Positions 50,526 through 63,069 are shown, counted from the whole stretch's first letter. The stretch is DNA of 63,069 nucleotides, filler included, from Octopus bimaculoides (GCF_001194135.2; 4 parts of 4 records of this genome joined end to end with filler, not necessarily neighbours in it), one strand, 5' to 3'. The notes: generated by a model not told the origin, from the sequence alone. Program-made: numbers and translations.

Positions 50526-50674
50526 CACTACAACGACAAAAGTGACAAGAGATGTAAAACATCATCACAACCAGTCAGATTCTGTTGTTTGAGATTCTGT
50601 ATCAATAGAATAGAACAACCTTAGGCCGCCTTTTGTATTTTCTCTATCTTTCTGGTCGATATATTACTACAATT

Positions 50675-50960
50675 GTGGAGGCGCAATGGCCCAGACTGGG
50701 CGTTGTGAGTGTTTATTGAGCAAAAACACCTAAAGCTCCACGAGGCTCTGACAGGGGATGGTGGCGAACCCTGCTGTACTCTTACACCACAACTTTCTCT
50801 CACTCTTACTTCCTGTTTCTGTTGTGCCTGTAGTTCAAAGGGTCAGCCTTGTCATACCGTGAGAACTACGTTAAGGGTACACGTGTCTGTGGCGTGCTCA
50901 GCCACTTGCACGTCCTATGACCGCGAGTCCGCTACCCTAACCACTGGGTCATTGCACCCC
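50675..50960. mobile_element. Rearranged SINE family D (+ copy lacking most of its head, fused to an inverted head)
   Basis: A deletion joins GCCCAG to CCCAGAC. About 50913-50963 is the reverse complement of a D head. Confidence 0.8.
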
Positions 50961-50977
50961 CACACTTTCTAGGGGTA

Positions 50978-51077
50978 NNNNNNNNNNNNNNNNNNNNNNN
51001 NNNNNNNNNNNNNNNNNNNNNTTAATTAATTAANNNNNNNNNNNNNNNNNNNNNNNNNNNNNNNNNNNNNNNNNNNN
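50978..51077. other. Assembly scaffolding linker
   Basis: N44-TTAATTAATTAA-N44. Confidence 0.95.
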
Positions 51078-51229
51078 ATATATATATATATATATATACA
51101 TATAGGAATGTAAGTATGTATGCATGTATGTATAATAAATCACAAGAAAGAAGAATATATTCTGAGGAAATTTATCAAGTAACCAGCTGGTGTATACAGT
51201 GCAATGTATAACAGCAAACAAACAAAAGA

Positions 51230-51860
51230 ATGAAGATGATGGTATTACATATCTTTATCAAATTGTTTATTCATAGAGTCATGGATATCCTTGTAATATT
51301 TCTAGAGCATTGGGTAAGCAACTTTCCCCTTCCAGTAGATATAGTAATATATTCAAAAGACATACCTTGAAATTTATGCATTCAACTACGTCTAATCTAA
51401 CAAGCAGTATAACAACAATTTACAGTAAAAAAGAGTCAAATACTAATAACAATAACAAATGTACTTTTAATTATTCAGATGGTGAATGTCTCTGTCCAGT
51501 ATAAATATGATAATAATACTGCAGTATCACATCACATTAAAAACAATAACATTAATAAAATTAATAAGGTTTCTTCTGATAACAAACTCAATAGTGTGTG
51601 CAACTGTAGGAATCATGATAAATGTCCATTAAATAATTTATATATTAGGTATAATTTAATGTATAAATACTCTGCTAAAACGTTGTATAAAGTCTATTAT
51701 TACATAAGAGCAACTGCATCCTAAATCAAAGTTAGATGCATAATCATATACACTCATTTAAGTATATATTTAAAAAGTGCATAGAGCACCACATTGGCTA
51801 AATTCATCTGGGACTTTAAGGAGAAAATATCAATTATTCATTTTCATGGGTCATAGGTAC
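51230..51860 (+). mobile_element. Decayed Penelope-like element: RT thumb/linker and GIY-YIG endonuclease
   Basis: KQLSPSSRYSNIFKRHTLKFMHSTTSNL (~HPLHKIFNRNTVKISYSCMPN), CNCRNHDKCPL, YIRAT (~YIGxT), NHIHSFK and STTLAKFIWD, in the correct order with stops and frameshifts. Confidence 0.75.
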
Positions 51861-53389
51861 TGCACTTCCATACAAATTGGGTAAGGGTAGCTGTAATTTC
51901 TGTTCAATAGCAGTGTTAGGAACTATCAAATGTAGATCTAATTAATAAGCATAATGAATTATTGATCCATTGCTTTTCCTTATCTAATAAAACACTCTTA
52001 AAATCCCTACTTAAGAATTCTTCTTAATTAATGTAGATAACTTACTTGATTCAAATATTATTAATGGTAGCATTCTTACCCTTTTAATTCTCTCAACTCA
52101 TGCTCAAATTATTTCTTCTTAACCAATAAATCATTTATTTCTAAACTAATATATCTAATTTAATTTTAATCTAATGTTAATTTTAATTTAATTACAGATG
52201 AACCAATACTTTAAAACTTAATTACTGAGGCAGTGCATGAATATTTTATGTGCCACTATTCTAACCCCTTTACTTTCTTTTTTATTTATTTATTTTAGTA
52301 CTTTTCCATTCTCATTCCTCTATTTTTTATATGGCTATTCCCCTCTTTACTGGCAGCTCTAAGATTGTAGTAGTAAACTCCTGCCACTTTGAAATATCTG
52401 GTTTATCTCTTATATTTTTCTCCACACCAATAAACATGTAAACAATTAAATTAAAAACCTCCTAATCTGCCTGAGCCAGTGTACTGGCTGATTTGGGCAA
52501 GATCAAATGAAGGAAACTGATATGTACCTTATCTTCATGATCCTTCTACTGAAATATTACCAGGCAAGAGTGAAAAACTTGCTGAGTAATTTATTACCCT
52601 AATATTCTGTGCCCTACTATCTTTCATTATAGTTATTGGAAATAACTCAAAATATACTTCTGTATTACAGATTTAGTTTAGTGCAAAGAGATGGTTGATT
52701 GAAGCTTCATTGATTCTTGATTATTGAATGGATTTGCATAAATTCTATATGTAAAAACCAACATATAAATTGATGAAATAATTCCACTAACCATCTTAAC
52801 ATAATAAAAATAAGTAATACCATCATCTTTATTCCTTTGTTCTTTTACTATTCACACACACACGCATATAAATTTAATACTCATCCGAAAAAGCTACTAA
52901 TAGTTTCATGTTTTTATGTTACTTTAACTAGACATATTTATAAAATACATCTTGTATTTCCAAGCACTTTTCAGACTCTGTTTATGTGTTATGTATATTT
53001 TAAAAACTAGAACAGTGGATAGTAAGAAAGTAAAAAAGATGTGAAAAAATGCATGAAGAAAGTTGATGTAAAAAATGGAACAAGAAGAAAGAAACGAAAG
53101 CAAGAAAACTAAGATCCCCATCCTCTCTGATTGCAGAAATCACAAGTAATACAACTGGCATGGGGCAAAATAATAGAAAATATGTCAAAGTTTGTGAGAC
53201 AACAGCAACTCAATCCAAAGAGTGGGTGGTGTCCTCCAATTCAACAAAAGAAACCTGACCATGTGTTTACACCTGCTAAAAGTGATAGATCAGGGATTAA
53301 GTAGTGTGTTGGAATTTTGGGGTCTAAGAAGAATATGAGATCTTTCTGCTATGCATAAACTGCATTTCTTAGATCCATTAACAGATTGT

Positions 53390-53990
53390 CGTCATCGTCA
53401 TCATCATCGTTTAACATCCGCCTTCCATGCTAGCATGGGTTGGACGATTTGACTGAGGACTGGCGAACCAGATGGCTACACCAGGCTCCAATCTGATTTG
53501 GCAGAGTTTCTACAGCTGGATGCCCTTCCTAACGCCAACCGCTCTGAGAGTGTAGTGGGTACTTTTACATGCCAGTCAGGTGGTACTGGCAATGGCCACA
53601 CTCAAAATGGTGTATTTTACGGGTCACCTGCACAGGAGCCAGTCCAGCAGCACTGGCAACGATCTCGCTCGAATGTTTTTTCACGTGACAGTGAGGCGAC
53701 GCTGGTAACGATCACACTCAAATGGTGCTATTTACGTGCCACTGGCATGGAAGCCAGACAGCTACTCTGGCAAATCATCATCATCATTTAGCATTTGTTT
53801 TCCATGCTGACAAGGGTTAGTTTCACTGAAACTGGTAAGCCAAAGAGCTGTACTAGGCCCCAGTCTGATTTTGGCTTGGTTTCTTCAGCTAGATGCCCTT
53901 CCTAACATTAACCACTCCAAGAGTGTAGTGGTTGCCTTTTACATGTCATCAGCATGGGTACCTTGTATGTACCACTGGCGCAGGTGTCTT
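53390..53990 (-). mobile_element. Two tandem family C repeats
   Basis: Reverse-complement match to 1-230, twice. Confidence 0.8.
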
Positions 53991-56900
53991 TTACAAACTC
54001 AACTGATGAAAGTATTTCCCTCAAAATATAATCAAGATGCAAAGAACTGAGCTCAGTTCTACAGTTCCAGGACAAGGCAGTTAATCTTATTGGAGAATGC
54101 CATGAGATGAGAAGATAGAAGTTAAAGAGAGAAAAAGAGCTAAGAACTAGGTGTTGGTGAAGGACTGCCACAACAAGAGTGTATGAAAAATTAATTGCTT
54201 GCCAGTGGAGGTTGACAATGAGGGCTCACAGGTCCTACCGTAAGTAAAGGCTTTGAATCCTTGGACATTATGGAAAGAAGCAGAAGAAGAACCATAAGGG
54301 ACAACAGAGATTCTGCTGAGAAAGCACCTAGAAGACTTTGGCTGAAAAGAGTTCACAGAATGGTGCTGGGACATAGGACTAGGCTTGATCAATCTAAATT
54401 TGGTTGCCTGGATGAGAGTATATGTAGTGAGTCTAGGATATAGCACTGATGATGTGTCCTATTATTGTGTCTGTAAATGTTTGTTGAATGGAGGAAATTT
54501 AGGAACTATTATGTTCCATAGAGGAATTTCTAAGATGGAGGCTTGCTCAAAGCTTTTTGCAACATGAATGATTCTTTAATTAGTACAGAGCATTGTATAG
54601 TAGAAGTCAGGTAGAAGAAATGCAATCATCTATTATAGATGATGTGAGGCTGTTTATGAAGAAAGATTATATTGATTTATAGTAAACAATAGTTGGATAT
54701 AAGTGAAAATTTTCAATGGAATTTTAAATTAAAAACTGTGGAGTAGAGAGAAAGTTGAAGAAACTTATGGGGATATAATTATATAATTTTAAAGTAAGGA
54801 TGTTATAAAACAGATTGATCAGTAGATGGAGTGATAGACAATTGAGACAGGTAGACAGACAGACAGGAAGCCAGGCAAGAAGCATGATAGTGCTAGTCAA
54901 GATGAAAATAATCTAGCATAAAAGAATTTAAAAAGAGTATTTTAAGACATTTAAATTGGTGCTTAACTCAATGAGAAATGAGAAATATTAAACATTGGTC
55001 ATTGATACAAATCCAGAAAAATGTCACAGGTAAAATATCATAGATTAAAAAGTAACAGAAAAAAAGTCACAGAATACAAAACAGTTTTCCATTCACACAC
55101 ACACACACAGACACACACACACACACGTCTGCATATATCTATGTGTGTCTGTATATGCATGTGTGTAAACAAATACATAGATACATATAGGTATCCACAT
55201 ATGAGTGATGCATAATAAAATAAACTGTTGTCATTGTATACAAGTTAATTATTATCATTTAATAAGTAGCTAGAAATACTTGATTATTTTAAATATTATT
55301 TCTAGTATTTAAATGAAATGTAAAATTTTGTCCTGTGACTTATTCTTAGTCAAAATTGTGATTTCTTCTGCAATTTATGTTTCCTGTTTATTCTTATTTA
55401 CTGAGGCTATGAAAAAATTCACATGCTCTAGGTATCATACAATGGGATTCAACCCAAAACCATATAGTTTCACAGCAAACTTTATATCTAGGCACCCATA
55501 CCTATACCTATGGCTTGAAAGATTGATGTGATAAAATCACAATCAAGAGTTACAAAAGCAAACCCAAAATCTGAATCTGAAGAACTGATCTTCAAAAATG
55601 GGATCAATTATCAAACTACACCAATTCCCTCATAAATAGCACAATTACATTATCATTATTTAGGATATACAGATATAAGACAGTTGTAGCATATTTGTTA
55701 TAAGGTTGCGGTACATGATTACTTGATCATTAGTTATTGATCAAATGTGATGTGATGGAAGGTAAACCCCACTTCAGTAAAATTTTAATTCAGAATGTAA
55801 AGATACACAACTAAATACTGTAAAAGCATGTCCTATACAAGTTCTGCTTACTATCACTCTTAACAATAATGATACTGATTTGATTTATTTGCCAAAATAG
55901 TGAACAGTGAGATGATATTACAAGGACAAATAACATAAACAGTGAGGATCTATACAAAATCAAATATAAAAAGAATAAAAATACACACAAAAATACAAGA
56001 TGTCCCTGAAGAAAGCTAGTTAGACTAATCATGTTGTTATTTATCACACCCTGATCAGCCCTATTCATGCAGACCTAAGCTCAAAAATATTTCAATTTTT
56101 GACTATCCCTACTTTTATTCATAGAATCTATACCTAGGAGTATGTTATCTAATATTACATGATATATACAATGTAACTATTATGGATAAATTTTGCATTA
56201 AGCTGGCAGTTAAATTTGCTGTTGATCCTATATTCGAATACTGCTCAAGTGCTCAATGTATTTTTTTTTATACCTAATCCAATTGTAACTAACCCTAACC
56301 TATCCCCTATGTGTGTAAATGCTGTTTATTGATCTGGAGAAGACTTCTGGGCAGAGTCAGGGAGTTTATTGCTAATTTGGATATCCTACCATGAAATATT
56401 GGCTTTAACCAGAGATCATCTATTTTTTTAAAGTTCTAAATGTTTGTGGAGTTTCACTTGATCATGGATTCAATTTAACATTTAGAAAAGCCCTTTACAA
56501 GTAATTTTAGCAGTTTGCATATCAGATGAGTGTCTTTTTTTTCTTTTTTACACAGAAAATACTCTTACTTGCATTCTCAATTAAATTCTTTAGTATGGAT
56601 GGATTAATGGAATGGTGGATTCTTTTTAAAGGTTAGATCTGCTGTCTTGTTCTGGAATTGTTCCAATCATAAACTCCTCTTCTTTTATTCAAAGTTGTGT
56701 CTTTTATCCAATACAGTGATGTTTAGAAAAATGGCTCATAGAGAGAATTCTGTTATTTTAGTTGATTTTAAACTGACCTCATTCTAAAATATTGGCAAAG
56801 TCTTTTTATAATTGTATCCTGATTCTGCAGATTCATGCTGTTGGAGTGCTATTGTTAACACTGTTGATGTTGTTTAGCTCTAGCTTAGTCCTATGGTATA

Positions 56901-57228
56901 AGTCAAGCTTAGTCAAGCTATGGTATAAGACATTCCAAGCATGATTATCCCTACTTTCATTCACACAAAATATATCTAGGATTACACTGGATGTTCTTTT
57001 CTATTTACAATGTAGGATGTGATTTAAGAGCATTCAGTTGCTATTTCTAGAAGCTTCCTTTTAAGCACAGAGCTACAAATTTTGTACATTTAAGTGATTA
57101 TTATAGGATTCTTCAGCATACTGTTTACAGAGTTATTTTTGTTCAGCACACTCAGAATTACCCTGCAATATTCATTCATCTATCAAGATTTTGCTTGTTT
57201 TCATAAAGAGATAATTTATGGTCTAGAT

Positions 57229-57499
57229 CAGTAGCTCCCAAAGTGGAGTACTTGGGGGGTGGGGGTGGAAAGGTCCAGGAGGTGGGTGTTGAAGAAAAGT
57301 GGGATAATAATGGGGTGATAGATGTAAAAAAAATATTAACAGGTTAATTAGGTTTAAGTTTTACTTGTGAAATACAGTTATTTTGAATTTACTGCAGAAA
57401 GTGGTCTATATTTGTGATGAGGAGGGTTATGGAGATGTAAGGAATGTGGCCTGGGTGCCAGGTGGGTGGTAGCAGCCTGAAAATGTTTGGAAACAACTG
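57229..57499. mobile_element. Old hAT (Charlie-like) MITE
   Basis: Imperfect TIR CAGTAGCTCCCAAA / TTTGGAAACAACTG and degenerate 8-bp TSD GTCTAGAT / GTTTAAAT. Confidence 0.6.
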
Positions 57500-57579
57500 G
57501 TTTAAATGGATATTCAAATCATTATCTACAATTTCTTAGCAATTTCTTTAGTATATAAGAATCTTAGTTTATGCATACA

Positions 57580-57626
<47 letters not shown>

Positions 57627-57710
57627 ATGTATGTGTGTATGGGTATGTATATAAATATAAATCTCTTAAAGAGAGATATACATATATATATATATATATA
57701 TATACATATG

Positions 57711-58253
57711 CATATATGGGTACAGGATGTCACCAACAGTAAACAACATGAAATACGAAAACAAATGAGTTCAATACACAAACAACGAGAAAAACAAATG
57801 GTAAATAGGGCAAGTGACATAAAGAAGTACCCTTCGTTAGTAGTTGGCTGGCTATCTACTCCTCATTTTGAGCATTGAATGACAATATGAGTCTTCAAAG
57901 ACAGTTTCTCCCATAAGTACCAAAATAAAATTTGGGATTTATGGAGGGTCAAAGTTGGGAACAAAAACAGGACAGTAGAGACATACAAGGAAACTGAATG
58001 AAAACAAACATAGAGGGTCATTAGACCAGAACGCGGGTAAAATAAGGAACGCTAGAGAAATATTTTCTTTGACAAGAGAAAAGATAGAAGAGAGAGATAA
58101 GATACATCCAGTCCTTAGTACAGTCCTGAAAAGAAAGACAGATAATGGTCACTTGTGAACAACGAAAGAGTGGGAGAGAGAGAGAGAGACAGATAGAAAA
58201 TGGTGAAGAGGAGAAAAAGGGAACTAGTTCCCTTTTTCTCCCCTTCACCGTTT

Positions 58254-58303
<50 letters not shown>

Positions 58304-58762
58304 CCCCCCTATTTTATTGCTCACATCGTCCATCTTTCTTTTCCTCACGTGATTATCTTTCTTTTCTTTCAGGATTGTGCTAAGGACTGGACGTATCCTC
58401 TTTTATCTTTTCTCTTGTCAAAGAAAATATTTCTCCAGTGTTTGTTATTTTATCCTCGTTCTGGTCTAATGACCCTCCATATTTGTTTTCGTTTGGTTTC
58501 CTTGTATGTCTCCACTATCCAGTTTTTGTTCCCAACTTTGACTCTCCATAAATTCCAAATTTTATTTTGGTACTTAGGGGAGCAACTGTCTTTGAAGACT
58601 CATATGCTCGAAATGAGGAGTAGATAGACAGCCGATATCTGATGAAGGGTCATTCTTTGTGTCACTTGTCCTGTTTTTCATTTGTTTCTCCCGTTGTTTG
58701 TGCATTGAACTTATTTGTTTTCGTATTTCATGTTGTTTACTGTTGGTGACATCCTATACCCA

Positions 58763-58768
<6 letters not shown>
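57711..58768. repeat. ~1.06-kb spacer-less imperfect palindrome (fold-back)
   Basis: Centre GAGAAAAAGGGAACT|AGTTCCCTTTTTCTC at 58225/58226. The arms are about 85-90% reverse-complementary out to CATATATGGGTA / TACCCATATATG. (TA)n lies on both sides. Confidence 0.95.
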
Positions 58769-58807
<39 letters not shown>

Positions 58808-59012
58808 GTTCGTACATATGTACATATGTATGTTTGTATGTATCTATATTTTGGATGAGGTGGTACTATATAACTTTACTCTCTATTTCCTAAAGCATGT
58901 ATATATCGAATGGAATTTTTGTATGTAAGTTTCATGCCATATTGGCAGACTTATACATATATCATACATGCACCCCCACCCACACACAAACGTATATACA
59001 CACACACACACA

Positions 59013-59085
<73 letters not shown>

Positions 59086-59581
59086 GCACACATACACACA
59101 CAAAGTGAGATAGAGAGAATACAAAGCAGAAAAGCATGAATTTCAGAGATAGAGCATAATTACTTCTAACAACTGTTTCATTAGGAATAAACATCATTAA
59201 TTCTATAATTATGTAATTAAGATCCATAACTAATTAATATAAATTAATATTAATTGAATTAATTTAAATCAATGTCTCTCCCCAATCATCAGGAATTTTA
59301 CAGGCTATGCAAGCCATGGGCCATTTCTGGTTTGAATATATATGTATGTGTATATCTAAAACAGGAATGCATATATACATTTATGGTTTCTATGTGTGGG
59401 TATATTTGTAACTGTGTAATGTTCATTTATGGATGTCTATACGTAAGCATAGACTTATATGTCTGTGTTTGTACATTTATGTATATGTACATGTGCATAT
59501 GTTTATGTATATATGTACATACACATACAAACATACATATATATTACAGGCTATGCAAGCCACAGATCATTCCCGGTTTAA

Positions 59582-59641
<60 letters not shown>

Positions 59642-61004
59642 CACACACACACACACACATACAAATATAGATCGATCGATAGATAGATAGATAGATAGCT
59701 AAATAGATATACATATAGACACATGCACACACACACATACACACTCACACACATGTCTATGTGTATGCATATACATCCACAAATATACATACCAGATACA
59801 CAAATATACCCACACATAGAAAATGCTTATCATATCTAGAGAAAGCAGTTCAAATGATGACAGTTCATAATAACACTTTCATGTTTGAAATTAAAATTGT
59901 TGGTCAGCCTTAATAATTTTTAAAACTTCTCAGATACATAACTGGCAAATCTATTTACCACCTTGATAAGAATTTGCGGAATTCAATATGGACCATTTCA
60001 AGTCACAGGGTATGTTTATCAGGTTTTCAGATTGAATATGTGTTCAGCAAGACAAATAGTTCTTTGGAATATTTTTAGAAAATGAATCATAGTATCCGTA
60101 ATATTCTTTTTGAAATCAGAAGTCGAACTAGTGTAGGATTAAGAAGAATTAAGGGTTTAACAGTATATTTTTGTAGTACATTAACACATTTACAGTGACC
60201 ATAGAATTGAAATTTTATTTCATCCTACAATTACATTAATTTTTTTCAGGCTTTCACAAAGAAGAATTCTTAGAAACTGTCGGAAAATTGCTAGCACTAG
60301 TAATTTTACGATTACCCTCTTTTTAATAAGTAACCTTATTACTCACTAATATGAGAATCATCAATGCTGCTTTATCATTTTGTTCTATAGTCAGTATTGT
60401 TAATAGTACTATTATAACAATCATTATTATATCTTTATCTACATTATTGTTGTGGTTATTATTATGATAATTACTTATGGTATCATAACTATTAGGACTA
60501 GCATTATGAATATGACATCTCATACCCTTGTACCGGTTACGATTATAACCAATGCTAATACAGACAATATATTCAGAGGGAAACTGTTATTGCATCTATA
60601 GTTGTTGGTCTATTTAGAATAAAAGAATTATACTTGTTTAATTTAGAGTGATTAGTGGTAGTTATAATAGAAGCTAAATTAAACATAGTAGAATAAGAAA
60701 GTTTAACAGTAGGCTTGCTGAATATTTGATAGTACTTATGCCAAAGTGGAAACTTGATCTAAGTATTTAAAATAATAAGTTTGCAATTTTCATTTTGACA
60801 GATCTTGCAAATGGAATGTTATACCAGTAATTTCGTCAATTATTATTCAATTGTAGGTCATTGTTATTAATGATATAGAGGAGTCATTCCTTACCTTAAT
60901 AAGTAAATTACAGAGAGGCGTATATTTAGTCCATGTGAAAATATTTAGTTTTTTTTACTGAAAAAGTTCCTCCCATACTTTTTATTTCTTTCATTAATTT
61001 ATCT

Positions 61005-61359
61005 AAGAGTATGAAGACAGGGAAAGCCCCCGGCCCATCAGGAATCACTGCAGAGATGCTCAAAATATCTGGCAGTGTTGATCCCGTATTACGAACCAGG
61101 TGATACACGAAGGAGTCATACCCAATGACTGGTGTAACAAAACCATAGTCAACTGCTACAAAGGTAAAGGTGACGCTTTAGATACAAATAATTACAGAGG
61201 CATCAAGCTGTTAGATCAGGTTATGAAAGTTACGGAGAGGGTCATAGCCCAACTAATTAGGGAGCGAATCAATTTAGATGAGATGCAGTTTGGGTTCGTG
61301 CCAGGTAAAAGCACTACTGATGCCATATTTCTAGTAAGACAGCTGCAGGAGAAATACCT
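61005..61359 (+). mobile_element. RTE-clade LINE reverse-transcriptase fragment (relatively young)
   Basis: MKTGKAPGPSGITAEMLK..IPNDW....YKGKGDALDTNNYRGIKLL...QFGFVPGKSTTDAIFLVRQLQEKY. Confidence 0.95.
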
Positions 61360-61460
61360 NNNNNNNNNNNNNNNNNNNNNNNNNNNNNNNNNNNNNNNNN
61401 NNNTTAATTAATTAANNNNNNNNNNNNNNNNNNNNNNNNNNNNNNNNNNNNNNNNNNNNA
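61360..61460. other. Assembly scaffolding linker
   Basis: N-run with TTAATTAATTAA at 61404-61415. Confidence 0.95.
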
Positions 61461-61554
61461 CGTTCGGTATAACCCGCATATTTGTACAGACAATTACACA
61501 GAAATGAACAAGGATTCTATGCTGAACTATCTCCCTCTGGTTTACCTTCTACAG

Positions 61555-61673
61555 GAAATACCAAGCATTCAATGGATTGGAGGTAACTGGTGTCTTTGAC
61601 GAAGAGACGATTAAGAAAATGGGTTCGCCTCGTTGCGGGCTTCCAGATTTTGAACCAGGGCAGTCGCGAAGCG
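61555..61673 (+). CDS. Internal exon of a matrix metalloproteinase (propeptide and cysteine switch)
   Basis: tttaccttctacag acceptor and GTAAGT donor. 119 nt encoding (R)KYQAFNGLEVTGVFDEETIKKMGSPRCGLPDFEPGQSRS(G): the FQ..xGLxxTGxxDxxT motif plus the PRCGxPD switch. The paralog cannot be named from one exon. Confidence 0.93.
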
Positions 61674-61774
61674 GTAAGTTATTTATGGAAACAGAAGCAT
61701 TTGTAACTCGAGCAATTATAAGCTTTTGTCACAGTGGGGAGCACAATAAAAAGAAATTAATTTGCTTCATCATA

Positions 61775-62185
61775 GGCGAGCTGGCAGAATCGTTAGCATG
61801 TCGGACAGAATGCTTAGCGGCATTTCGTCCGTCTTCACGTTCTGAATTCAGATTCCTCCGAGGTTGACTTTGCCCTTTCATCCTTTCGGGGTCTTACCAG
61901 TTGAACACTGGGGTCAATGTAATCGACTTACCTCCTCTCCCGAAATTGCTGGCTTTGTGCCAAAATTAGAAGTCAATAGAGCGACGAGCTAGTAGAATCA
62001 TTACTGTGCCGGAAAAAATGCTTAGCGGCATTTCTTCCAACTTCATGTTCTGAGTTCAAATGTCACCGGTATCGACTTTGCCTTTCACTCTTTCGGGCTC
62101 GATGAAATAAATACCAGTTGAGCACTGGGGTCGATGTAATCGACTTAACTTCTCCCACACAATCGCTGATCTTGTGCCGAAATTC
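61775..62185 (+). mobile_element. Two tandem family A SINEs (+)
   Basis: Family A heads at 61775 and ~61980. Confidence 0.85.
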
Positions 62186-62579
62186 GAAACCAACATTTAT
62201 CTATTCAATAAACAGTCAAAATTTCATTCCAATGACAAGATGCTGTTGACAAAAACATGAGAGTTTTTTTGTTTGTTTGTTTTCTGTCTCCCTCACAGTA
62301 AAATTATTTATTTGAATAAATCTTAAATAATGATTTCATTTATTTACCACCAGGGTGTATCTGATGAATGCTTATTAATAACCGCAACTTTCACGCTTGG
62401 TAGACCGGCAGAGTCCTTAAAGATGCAAGATAAAATCCCTTACAATATTCGTTCTACCTCTTAGAGCTTTGAGATCAGATCACGCAAAGGGTCGGCTTTG
62501 CTTAATTCTTCGTTTATGCCCTCGATTTTTGTCCCACAGTTAATTCTTGGTCCGAACACATATCATCACAAGCGGAACA

Positions 62580-63069
62580 GTATGTTCCAAATTTTGGCAC
62601 AATGCCAGCAATTTTGGGATGGATGGAACTAATCGATTACATCGACCTCAGTGTTTGACAATGATCCTATTTTATCAACCCCAAAAGGATGAAAGTCAAA
62701 GACATGTTGGTGCTAAAACATAGAGCAAAAAGAAATACCGCCAAGTATTTTGTTCGACGCACCAACCATTCTATCAGCCGCCTTAATAATCCTTTCTAAT
62801 ATAGGCACAATGCCTGAAATTCATGAGGCGCGGAGATAAGTCGATTATATTGAATGCGGTACGCATCTGATACTTATTTCATTGACCCCGAAAGTATGAA
62901 AGTCGACTTCAGCGGGATTTGAACTCGGAATGTAAAGACGGACGAAATGCCGCTGAGCGTTTCGCTGAGCGTTTCGCCCAGCGTGTTAGCGATTCTACTA
63001 GCTCACCGCCTTAATAATCCTGGTACTTAATTTATCGACCCCGAAAGGATGAAAGGTAAAGTCGACCCC
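62580..63069 (-). mobile_element. Stack of two to three family A SINEs (-)
   Basis: Reverse-complement family A bodies and heads separated by GCCTTAATAATCC junctions. Confidence 0.82.

Noticed and set aside
58604-58653. Permuted (type II) hammerhead ATGCTC-GAAA...CTGATGA-A-GGGTCAT within the palindrome
   Set aside because: Stem II can pair, but stem I cannot and stem III is only 2 bp. The copy in the other arm has both core motifs mutated.
59298-59585. ~45-bp direct repeat TTACAGGCTATGCAAGCCA... at 59298 and 59544
   Set aside because: Only two copies lie within microsatellite-rich DNA, with no structure or coding signal. It is probably a local duplication.

Overview
This is an AT-rich, gap-ridden eukaryotic window. 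It is most likely an octopus/cephalopod genome; that is an inference from the SINE families, RTE LINEs and microsatellite load, not a database result. There is no prokaryotic content and no CRISPR array. One gene is complete and confidently identified: LSM6 (+ strand, three coding exons, 12368-16298, 80 aa). One exon of a matrix metalloproteinase carrying the PRCGLPD cysteine switch lies at 61555-61673. A decayed, possibly intron-containing coding region of unknown identity lies on the - strand at about 31786-32900. The rest is tRNA-derived SINEs (five families, labelled A-E here for convenience), RTE-LINE, Penelope-like, Tc1/mariner and hAT remnants, mini/microsatellites, and N gaps. Three of the gaps contain an artificial TTAATTAATTAA linker. 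The most interesting signals are: (1) a degenerate TTTGTGGAAG(A/G)C array at 43.2-44.2 kb whose minus strand carries eight miR-7 seed sites, resembling the vertebrate CDR1/CDR1as sponge locus; (2) a spacer-less palindrome of about 1.06 kb at 57.7-58.8 kb; (3) two minimal type-I hammerhead ribozyme motifs; (4) long inverted repeats in and just downstream of LSM6; (5) an indel-free 21-bp His/Tyr-coding repeat. Repeat boundaries are approximate unless a TSD or TIR is quoted. Long ORFs in the supplied track are mostly artefacts of N gaps and microsatellites.
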